Positions 19,478-26,780 of a DNA stretch of 32,000 nucleotides are shown here, in pieces. The number at the start of each line of letters is the position of its first letter. The stretch's first letter is position 1. The DNA is from Bacillus phage vB_BsuM-Goe26. The stretch lies in the sequence record OM728296.1. One strand, given 5' to 3'. Both the position numbers and the translations under genes were made by a program. The notes beneath the pieces are model-generated. The model made no database searches. It was given only the letters and a program-made list of their open reading frames with translations, and had not been told where the DNA came from.

Positions 19478-22183
19478 ATGGCTTTTAATGCGATTGAGGC
19501 AGAGAACTGTTGGGACGCCTATATGAAAACGTTGAAGTTGTTGCTAGACAACAACTTTGACGCTAGAAATGTGTTTTTACAGATCAATAACACTGAAGAT
19601 AACTATGTAACCTTCATGCCACACGATACTGACCCCTTGTTTTGGTATTTACGTGTAAACTCGGATACTATTGAGGGTGAACTTGGCATAGGTGTGGGTC
19701 TTGATGTTCGTTACGACGCTAGACGGATGTCAAGAGTAAAAGGTCATGGAACGGCTGATTGGTCTTACCGCGGAGAAACAGGGAGAGCTCCGGAAGACCC
19801 TACATTTTTGAATGTACTTATGGAAGAAGACGAAATTTTTCCAAATGCGAGTTACCAAGCTAACACAAGAGTTGGAGGGAGAGGACAGCTTCACGCCGTA
19901 AAAGACTTGTTAATGATGGATAAAGGTAGTGACAAAGGTATTGTAACCTTTTGGCATTATCAACGAGACTTACTAGAATACACCAGACGCAAGTATTTAA
20001 GTAAAAAGCTTATGGGAGACAAAAAGTGGAGTGACTCTCAGCACCAAAGGATTCCTTGTCCCACAACTTGGCACTTCTCTTATACACCGGACGGTATAAC
20101 GAACAACGTTTATAGTCGTTCATTGATTTGGGATGGGCACATCTATGACGATATGTTTCGCTTTCCTGAACCAGCTAAATGGATTGGCGGGCACCTCAAA
20201 AAGTCGTCATCTTTAGCTACGTTTACAATCAGACGGCTCTGGCAGAAAAACTTTGGTAACGCTAAAGAACGTTGGAGAGCTCATTATGACTACTGGTCAA
20301 ATCATAAATGGATCAAAGACTATTTTGAACCAAGACAATTTGACATATTCAAAAGCGCTGATGAGTTTGAGCTTGAGTGGATGACAAAAGAGCTTGCTGA
20401 GCAAGACTATCGTCTAGGAGCTTTTGAGGATGGTGACCGGAAACTTAAAAAGCTAAGATCTCAGTATTACCGAGAATGGGTTAAAGCTATGAAGGTTGCA
20501 GATATGACAATTGCCCATAGGGTTCTAGGTCAAATGCTACAAAAAGGAATTGTCTCGCGTCCTACAAAACGAGCTCTTGACTATGTAGATTCTTATACAC
20601 TAAAGCAAGCGATACTTGATATTGATGGTATTTTCCGAGTACAGTGTGTACAATGGGTTGTAAACTATATGCTACGAAGTGGAGACCCATCTATGAACTA
20701 TAAGGAGATTCTTGAAATTTTACCTGATGAACTTCAAGAGCTTGTTCTTGTAGCTTCTTTAGGGAAAGTCAACAAGGTAGAAAAAGAAGCGATACTTACC
20801 AAGATAAGCCCTGAAGTCTTAGCTATCTCTGATTACAACGATCTTGTAATCTCGACTAAGCCTGTAACGACAATAACCCCTATGGCGTCTTCGATACCCG
20901 CAGCTTTAAGCGCTTCTGAGGAAGTTGCGGAAGAGCCTGAAGACGTAGAAGAGGTTGAGGATGTCGAGGAAGTTGATGACAAAGTCCCATCAGAAGAAGA
21001 TGTTTCAAAATCTATATCAAAAATTATCGCATCAAACTACTCTGCCTTTACTGGCGTTACTCATAACGAGGATGATGTTAGTAAAGATGCGGAAGAAGAC
21101 GATGAAGATGACTTTGACATTCCGGAAGACACTGACTCAGATCAATCTCTTGAAGATATGGTTAACTCCGTTGTAAACAACGGTACAGCTATCGACTTTG
21201 AAGAGGACTTGGATGATGAAGTAGAAGAAGAAGTTGAGACCGTAAGCAACCGACCTATTAAACAGAGTGAAGAGCCTAGTGTTGAAAGTGGCGAAGTTCT
21301 CCCTGTTGAAGGTATGTCTTTTGCGGAACTTTTGAAATTACAACTAGAAAACGAAAAAGAGGGAGACTCTACTGATGTACAAGCACCAGAAGAACCCGAA
21401 GTTGTTGAAGAGGAGGATGAAGATGTGCGTAAACCGATTGTAGTCGAGGGAGACAAACCCAACGTATTCATCGCAGCTCCTTATGGAGGTTCAAGAGTTG
21501 ACAAAACGCTTGGAGATCAGATCAATAAGGCTGCGGATAACATAGACTATGTATATTTCCCGTTAGAACCGTTCCATTATCGCGAGGTAAAAAGACATGG
21601 AACTCAACTAGCTGTTGATGCTTGCGTAGCTAATAACATTCCTATGATTATGGAGACTCGTAAAGTAGTACCCGAATGGGCTATTGAAGCTCTTGCAAAA
21701 CATAAAGACAGCGAACTCCGGGTACACCTTAATACAATGGATAACAATAAGTGGAAAACGTTGTACCCTAATAAAAAAGCGGACTCTCCGACGGCGTTGA
21801 TCAAGTCGTTTATTGATAGCTTCCAAGGAGTTGTACACACAGTACTAAAAATATCCCCTATTGTGCCGGGCATCATAACCAAGAAGGATGTTCTTGACGT
21901 TATTGAGAAAATTCGAAATTGGACGCCGACAGTTCAGATTGGGTTTGCCTCCTTTACGGAAGATGAGTACGAAGCTTTGGATGAACTACTTGGAGACAAG
22001 GTTGACAAAGTCAAAAAGTACTATTACAAAAAAGAAGGTAAATGGTTCGTTTCCGACGAATACAGAGAAGAGTTCCTTGCTTTTGTAAAAGAATTTTTGA
22101 CTGGCTCGAAAATAAAACTTGAGGTGATGACGGAAGCAGTCTTTGACGGCGAGGATGTCTCAACTATAAAAATAGAGGATTGA
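19478..22183 (+). CDS. Multidomain protein: thymidylate-synthase-superfamily-like N-terminus, acidic linker, possible degenerate radical-SAM/SPL-like C-terminus
   Basis: N-terminus: 'RGQLHAVKDLLMMDKGSDKGIVTFWHYQRDL…IPCPTTWHFSYTPDGITNNVYSRSLIWDGHIYDDMFRF' aligns without gaps to the TS catalytic segment of the 24645 gene. C-terminus: 'PMIMETRKVVPEWAIEALAKHKDSELRVHLNTMDNNKWKTLYP…SPIVPGIITKKDV' resembles SPL-type radical-SAM barrels but no CxxxCxxC is present. Confidence 0.55.
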   Translation: MAFNAIEAENCWDAYMKTLKLLLDNNFDARNVFLQINNTEDNYVTFMPHDTDPLFWYLRVNSDTIEGELGIGVGLDVRYDARRMSRVKGHGTADWSYRGETGRAPEDPTFLNVLMEEDEIFPNASYQANTRVGGRGQLHAVKDLLMMDKGSDKGIVTFWHYQRDLLEYTRRKYLSKKLMGDKKWSDSQHQRIPCPTTWHFSYTPDGITNNVYSRSLIWDGHIYDDMFRFPEPAKWIGGHLKKSSSLATFTIRRLWQKNFGNAKERWRAHYDYWSNHKWIKDYFEPRQFDIFKSADEFELEWMTKELAEQDYRLGAFEDGDRKLKKLRSQYYREWVKAMKVADMTIAHRVLGQMLQKGIVSRPTKRALDYVDSYTLKQAILDIDGIFRVQCVQWVVNYMLRSGDPSMNYKEILEILPDELQELVLVASLGKVNKVEKEAILTKISPEVLAISDYNDLVISTKPVTTITPMASSIPAALSASEEVAEEPEDVEEVEDVEEVDDKVPSEEDVSKSISKIIASNYSAFTGVTHNEDDVSKDAEEDDEDDFDIPEDTDSDQSLEDMVNSVVNNGTAIDFEEDLDDEVEEEVETVSNRPIKQSEEPSVESGEVLPVEGMSFAELLKLQLENEKEGDSTDVQAPEEPEVVEEEDEDVRKPIVVEGDKPNVFIAAPYGGSRVDKTLGDQINKAADNIDYVYFPLEPFHYREVKRHGTQLAVDACVANNIPMIMETRKVVPEWAIEALAKHKDSELRVHLNTMDNNKWKTLYPNKKADSPTALIKSFIDSFQGVVHTVLKISPIVPGIITKKDVLDVIEKIRNWTPTVQIGFASFTEDEYEALDELLGDKVDKVKKYYYKKEGKWFVSDEYREEFLAFVKEFLTGSKIKLEVMTEAVFDGEDVSTIKIED

Positions 22184-22208
22184 TTTTTCAATCCTCTTCT
22201 TTATTTAT
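22174..22208 (+). terminator. Terminator/attenuator hairpin overlapping the stop codon
   Basis: AGAGGATTGA (22174-22183) TTTT TCAATCCTCT (22188-22197) then TCTTTATTTAT; 10-bp perfect stem. Confidence 0.75.
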
Positions 22209-22223
22209 CTTGGAGGTGCGTTT

Positions 22224-24134
22224 ATGAAGACAAAAGAAGAATTTCATAGAATTGAAGTATCAAAGTTTACTGAAGATCTGAGAGAAGCTTTTGGAGGAAA
22301 GATTCAGTATAGGAGTGACCTTGTTCTTGTTAACATAAGAGGTTGTAACGGTGCTGGAAAATCTACTGTGCCAATGCAGATGCTACAGAATGACCCCGGT
22401 GCTTTTATGTTAACAGTAGATGGGAAAGACAAGGCGACTGTGTTTCCATCTTATGGTTTTGTAGCTATGGGGAGGTATTTTAGTAAAACCGGGGGTCTTG
22501 ATGGCTTCAAGAATAATGAGGAGACACTCAAGGTTCTAGAATTACTATGGGAGTTACCTTTCTCTATTATTATGGAGGGTGTAATCTCTTCTACGATATT
22601 TTCAACTTACTGCGATCTGTTTAAGGAGCTTGAGAAGAGAAACAACCCAAAACGGGCAGTTGGAGTATTGAACCTGCTCCCTCCTTTTGAGGTCTGCCTC
22701 GAGCGGATAAAAAAGAGAACGCCAGAAAAATTTGAGTCTATAAAGAAAGATCAGATAGAGGGTAAGTGGCGTACAGTTAACAGAAATGCGCAGAAGTTTA
22801 GAGACGCTGGAGTTATTAGCTGGGATGAGGATAACTCTGTTATAAATATTAACGATACCGTTAGTTGGTTCTTCAGTTCGATTAAACACAATTTACAGCC
22901 TGATTTTACGGGTTTACGGCTGGGCGTTAAATTCCCTACGGAGACTCCTGTAAAAGCTCTTAAAAAGGCTGATAAAGGGGTTAAAAGAGGTAAGAAAGAC
23001 AAGAAACCTACGTCTACAGTTAAAGCTGTTAATAACGGAGATGGAGCGTTTCTTCGTTCGCTGAAACGTGAGATCAGACCTCACTGGGATAGTAAGTATA
23101 TAAACACACCAGATGATAACGTCAGACTAAGACGCGACCCGGAGACGGGACAAACTTTATGGGACATGTATTTTATTAATCTAGTCGAGAGACAAAACAT
23201 ATGGTATCGGCGCGTTGTCCAAGGAAAGCCGAAACCTTGGACTGACGACCCTGTTATGTCGACATATCATTTTACCAATGTTGACAGGCGTCTTGACAGA
23301 GTGACCTTACATTACATCGACAAAGTTCTTTGTAATCTAGAGGACTCATATGAATCTAAGAAGTTTTTATTGTTAAACACTTTTATCTACAGGTTGTTCG
23401 TACGTCCTGAAACGACAGACGCTATGGGTTATATCTTCCCCGAGACTTTTGAAGAAGATTGGGAAAGAGCTAAGGCAGCATTGAGAGCTCGTCGCGAGTC
23501 AGGAGAACCTGTGTTTACTGACGCATATTTTGTAAATGACCTAAAATCAGCTAACCCAGATAGAGCTAATAGTAGCAACAAGACAGAGAACGCGATTCAC
23601 TTGATCCAGTTCATAATAGATCATCTAGACGAACTTGCTGAGTTTACGTTTAACCCTAAAAACAGTATGGAAGAAGTGATTGAGAAGTTTACGATGATTC
23701 CGGCGGTAGGTAACTTCAATGCGTATGAGGTAGCACTTGACTTAGGCATTGTAAAAGAAATGACAGGGATTGACTTTGTAGACTGGACGCCAGATCACTA
23801 CGCAAACGTTGGCCCAGGTTGTAAGAAAGGTATCGAATATGTATTCGAAGACTTAGGTAATATGTCTCATTTAGACATCGTTTTCTTTATAACCAGTGTG
23901 TACAAAGGAGAATTAGAACGACTAGGACTTGAGTACAAATACCAAGAAGGTTGTAAGGAGCTCGATCTGAGGGCGCTTGAAGGTTGGTGTTGCGAGATGT
24001 CAAAATATTTCAATTACTACGCAACAGAGCGAGGATACGACTGGGCAAAAGGGAAACGTCCTAAAAAGAAAATGAACCTGAGGACAGATGATGTAAACTA
24101 CCTTAACCCAAGAATAAGTAACCTTGTAAAATAA
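22224..24134 (+). CDS. 5-hydroxymethyl-dU DNA kinase-like fusion (P-loop kinase plus helical/HhH-like domain)
   Basis: N-terminus 'LVNIRGCNGAGKSTVPMQML' Walker A kinase; C-terminus 'FTNVDRRLDRVTLHYIDKV…FLLLNTFIYRLFVRPETTDAMG' and 'IEYVFEDLGNMSHLDIVFF' resemble the HMUDK helical domain found in hypermodifying phages. Confidence 0.65.
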   Translation: MKTKEEFHRIEVSKFTEDLREAFGGKIQYRSDLVLVNIRGCNGAGKSTVPMQMLQNDPGAFMLTVDGKDKATVFPSYGFVAMGRYFSKTGGLDGFKNNEETLKVLELLWELPFSIIMEGVISSTIFSTYCDLFKELEKRNNPKRAVGVLNLLPPFEVCLERIKKRTPEKFESIKKDQIEGKWRTVNRNAQKFRDAGVISWDEDNSVININDTVSWFFSSIKHNLQPDFTGLRLGVKFPTETPVKALKKADKGVKRGKKDKKPTSTVKAVNNGDGAFLRSLKREIRPHWDSKYINTPDDNVRLRRDPETGQTLWDMYFINLVERQNIWYRRVVQGKPKPWTDDPVMSTYHFTNVDRRLDRVTLHYIDKVLCNLEDSYESKKFLLLNTFIYRLFVRPETTDAMGYIFPETFEEDWERAKAALRARRESGEPVFTDAYFVNDLKSANPDRANSSNKTENAIHLIQFIIDHLDELAEFTFNPKNSMEEVIEKFTMIPAVGNFNAYEVALDLGIVKEMTGIDFVDWTPDHYANVGPGCKKGIEYVFEDLGNMSHLDIVFFITSVYKGELERLGLEYKYQEGCKELDLRALEGWCCEMSKYFNYYATERGYDWAKGKRPKKKMNLRTDDVNYLNPRISNLVK

Positions 24135-24135
24135 A

Positions 24136-24162
24136 AGAAGAGCCCTATAAGGGGCTCTTTTG
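24136..24162. terminator. Bidirectional terminator between convergent genes
   Basis: AAGAGCCC (24138-24145) TATAAG GGGCTCTT (24152-24159) with T-runs on both strands. Confidence 0.85.
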
Positions 24163-24510
24163 TTATGCGGACGGTGCTGCTGCGTCTTCTAATGCTTTTA
24201 CTCTTGCTGCGAGTGCTGTATAGTCTGACTTTAACTTACTAATATCAGATTTTGCTGTTGAGACATCGCTCTTAAGAGTAGTCACATCAGACTTGAGAGT
24301 TCCGATGTCGGTTTTGTTTTTACTTACGTCTGACTTTACAGTATTGAGTGTTGTAGACGTACTCGTTAATGTTTGCTCTAACTCGTTTACTTTTGTCTCC
24401 AACGCCTCCAAGTCACCTTCTACTGGATCGGAGCTTTGCTTCTCGACATCTGTAGCGCTGATCTTAAAAGCCGTCCCGAGACCTGGAATATACTTTCTTG
24501 CGTCTTGCAT
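24163..24510 (-). CDS. Coiled-coil protein (structural/fibre-like), lone minus-strand gene
   Basis: Minus-strand SD AAGGAAGGGG 5' of ATG at 24510; heptad repeats 'TLKSDVTTLKSDVSTAKSDISKLKSDYTALAARVKALE'; ends at a shared terminator. Confidence 0.75.
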   Translation of the reverse strand: MQDARKYIPGLGTAFKISATDVEKQSSDPVEGDLEALETKVNELEQTLTSTSTTLNTVKSDVSKNKTDIGTLKSDVTTLKSDVSTAKSDISKLKSDYTALAARVKALEDAAAPSA

Positions 24511-24587
24511 AATAACATCCCCTTCCTTGATTTTCCTGTACCATAATAACTGTCTTTTTACATTCGATGATGTTTTACATAAAAGGC

Positions 24588-24597
24588 GTAAACTTTG
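24588..24597 (+). promoter_or_regulatory. Copy 2 of GTAAACTTTG leader motif
   Basis: Same 10-mer at 2061-2070 and 26725-26734, each 38-48 nt before a TTG-started gene. Confidence 0.45.
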
Positions 24598-24644
24598 ATT
24601 TTTATTCTTTTATTGTTATGACTTACGAAAAGGAGGAAACTAAT

Positions 24645-25793
24645 TTGTATACTTTTTCTGGTAGCAATCCGGCGCAGATTTACCTTGACGCCTTATACAA
24701 AATACAAGAGGAAGGTGAAAACGTGTCACCTCGGGGGATGGAAGTAAAAGAAATTAGACCAGCGTCTATTGAGTACACTAATCCTTTGAATCGCGTTGTT
24801 TTTCTGGAAGGAAGGAAGATGAATCCGTTTTTCTTAGGTATGGAATCTCTCTGGATAGCTTGCGGGCGATCTGATGTTGAGTTCCTTACAAATTACAATA
24901 AAGGTATGGCAGCCTTTTCTGATGATGGGGAGTTCTTTAATGCCCCTTATGGACAAAGACTACGTGCATGGAACACTAATTCTGTTAGTGGGTTTATCTT
25001 TAATCCTATTGACCAGCTTATTGACGTGTATGAGAAGCTTAAAAAAGACAAGGACTCTAGACAGGCAGTGGCTTCAATTTATAACCCGTTGTTTGATAAC
25101 GTAGACGTTGAGACATTAGATCGTCCTTGTAACCTTCAATTAGTGTTTAAGATCAGAAATGACAAGCTTACATTAACAGTTTACAACCGAAGCAATGATA
25201 TTCACTATGGAGTGTTCACTAATTTAGTGCAGTTCTCTGTTTTACAAGAGTTAATGGCGGTTTGGTTGGGTGTTGGTGTCGGCGAGTATCACCAAGTTAC
25301 TGACTCGCTCCATAACTATTTGAACGATTTTGGTGCGAAGGAGACAGAAAAAATCTTTAACGCTTATCCAGAGCATACGACCGTTCAAGAGTTTACTTTT
25401 GAAAACGAACCTAGAATGTCTACAAGTTTTGAAGAGTTTGAAGCTATGCGATCTGTACTGTTTGGTGGTTGGTTCTTTAAAGACCTACACCGCGATGAAG
25501 CGTTTAAGCAACCGAGAGTAAGAGAAAGCTTACTTATGGTAATCAAGTCTTTACCTGATAACTATTGGAGAAACATGTTATATGCTGCGTATGCTTATCG
25601 CGCCCATAAACTTGAAATCCCGGAAGAAGTTATTGTTGGTCTTGATAATATGGCGGAGAGTTCTTGGAAAATGTCTTGTATCCACTTTCTTTATGAGAAG
25701 TACAAAGATAACTCTTTATTCCGGGAGCTATACGCTGGTTGGTCTGAAGACAAGGTAAGATTCATCGAAGGTAAAAAACAAAGAAAATACTAA
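24645..25793 (+). CDS. Thymidylate synthase superfamily enzyme (thymidylate synthase or dUMP hydroxymethylase)
   Basis: 'NAPYGQRLRAW', 'DSRQAVASIYNP', 'RPCNLQLVFKIRNDKLTLTVYNRSNDIHYGVFTNLVQFSVLQEL'. AAGGAGG then TTG 24645. Predicted 382 aa, near my recollection of SPO1 gp29 size. Confidence 0.8.
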   Translation: MYTFSGSNPAQIYLDALYKIQEEGENVSPRGMEVKEIRPASIEYTNPLNRVVFLEGRKMNPFFLGMESLWIACGRSDVEFLTNYNKGMAAFSDDGEFFNAPYGQRLRAWNTNSVSGFIFNPIDQLIDVYEKLKKDKDSRQAVASIYNPLFDNVDVETLDRPCNLQLVFKIRNDKLTLTVYNRSNDIHYGVFTNLVQFSVLQELMAVWLGVGVGEYHQVTDSLHNYLNDFGAKETEKIFNAYPEHTTVQEFTFENEPRMSTSFEEFEAMRSVLFGGWFFKDLHRDEAFKQPRVRESLLMVIKSLPDNYWRNMLYAAYAYRAHKLEIPEEVIVGLDNMAESSWKMSCIHFLYEKYKDNSLFRELYAGWSEDKVRFIEGKKQRKY

Positions 25794-25805
25794 GGAGGAA
25801 ACAAT

Positions 25806-26255
25806 ATGAGCCAAGAATACACAGTTGAGCAAAAAATTAAGGAAATCTTAGAAGAGGCTACAGGGTTTAAAGAAGCAGGAGTTACACTCAATGAAGCGCG
25901 TGTGGAGAAGTTTATTGAGATGTTCAAACTTATGCCATACTACTCCCCTGACATGGAGGTGCGGCGAGACAACGTACTATTCTTGTTTGCAATGATGGAT
26001 CTCGCAAATCTTCAGTATCGTAAAGAGGGAACTTATGGTAACAGCTGGGAGCGTCGTAAAACTCATAGTATTTTTGCTAACGTAGCTCGGAAGTTTGACC
26101 GAGTAGAAACGATGGTTATTGATAACAAGGCTGATGAAGTTGGAGAGTCGTTACTCGATACAGTAGGAGACTTCACGACTTACGGAGGTCTCTGGGTTAC
26201 TTATCTTATGAGACAGAACCCGGAAGAGTACGCAAAATGGCAAAATTGGGAATAA
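25806..26255 (+). CDS. DUF1599 / nucleotide modification associated domain 1-like protein
   Basis: 'YGNSWERRKTHSIFANVARKFDRVETMVIDNKADEVGESLLDTVGDFTTYGGLWVTYL' matches the family pattern (YG.SW..RG...…F.N..RK.DR.…). Confidence 0.7.
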   Translation: MSQEYTVEQKIKEILEEATGFKEAGVTLNEARVEKFIEMFKLMPYYSPDMEVRRDNVLFLFAMMDLANLQYRKEGTYGNSWERRKTHSIFANVARKFDRVETMVIDNKADEVGESLLDTVGDFTTYGGLWVTYLMRQNPEEYAKWQNWE

Positions 26256-26292
26256 AATATTGAAATATCTCAATAAATCAGTGAATTACATT

Positions 26293-26320
26293 TTGATTTT
26301 ACTCAAAAAGAGGGTATGAT
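26293..26320 (+). promoter_or_regulatory. Sigma-A-like promoter for the HU/TF1-like gene
   Basis: TTGATT (26293-26298), 16-nt spacer, TATGAT (26315-26320). Confidence 0.6.
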
Positions 26321-26354
26321 AACAGTAAACCGTGTTAACAAAGGAGTGCTGTAC

Positions 26355-26675
26355 ATGAGTAAGAAAGTCGAAATGTTGCATAAATCTGAAATCGCAGCTG
26401 CTATGGCAGAGAAGTCTGCGAAACTAAATAAGACCCTTGCGAAAGAGGCGCTGGAGGCTCTTGAAGAGGTTATGTTGGAGACTCTAAAATCTGGTAAAGG
26501 TATCCAGCTTATCGGTCTTATGTCAATCTCTCCAAAAGCGAGACCACCTAGAAAGGGTTATAACCCTCTTAACAAAGAGGAACTTGATATTGAAGCTAAG
26601 GTCGGTGTAAAACTAGCTGCTGGGAAAGACCTCAAACGCGCAGTATCCGATCTTGATTTTAATCAATTCATCTAA
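26355..26675 (+). CDS. HU/IHF-family DNA-binding protein (TF1-like)
   Basis: 'MLHKSEIAAAMAEKSAKLNKTLAKEALEALEEVMLETLKSGKGIQLIGLMSISPKARPPRKGYNPLNKEELDI'; ATG 26355 follows AAGGAG. Confidence 0.88.
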   Translation: MSKKVEMLHKSEIAAAMAEKSAKLNKTLAKEALEALEEVMLETLKSGKGIQLIGLMSISPKARPPRKGYNPLNKEELDIEAKVGVKLAAGKDLKRAVSDLDFNQFI

Positions 26676-26689
26676 ATAGCTTTTAAGTG

Positions 26690-26720
26690 GAGCATGGTAT
26701 TGTACCATGCTCTTCTTTTT
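26690..26720 (+). terminator. Rho-independent terminator
   Basis: GAGCATGGTA (26690-26699) TTG TACCATGCTC (26703-26712) then TTCTTTTTT. Confidence 0.88.
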
Positions 26721-26780
26721 TGGAGTAAACTTTGTAAAATTCTCTTTATTTGTTGTAGTTACGACAAAGGAGGAGAAGCT

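Noticed and set aside
20955-22088. Overlapping ORFs 20955-21176 (+), 21142-21471 (-), 21604-21882 (-), 21608-21838 (-), 21888-22088 (+)
   Set aside because: Embedded in the 902-aa gene, compositionally biased shadows of its acidic/E-rich codons, no SD evidence.
24293-24598. 101-aa + strand ORF opposite the coiled-coil gene
   Set aside because: Antisense shadow of repeated heptads; the minus-strand gene has the SD and coherent protein features.
24567-24644. N-terminal extension of the TS-like ORF from ATG 24567
   Set aside because: No SD; contains the GTAAACTTTG leader motif; AAGGAGG plus TTG 24645 gives a start at the conserved region.
26694-26780. Track start of the polymerase ORF at ATG 26694
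   Set aside because: The ATG lies inside a strong terminator stem (26690-26712) and lacks an SD; TTG 26781 has AAAGGAGGAG.
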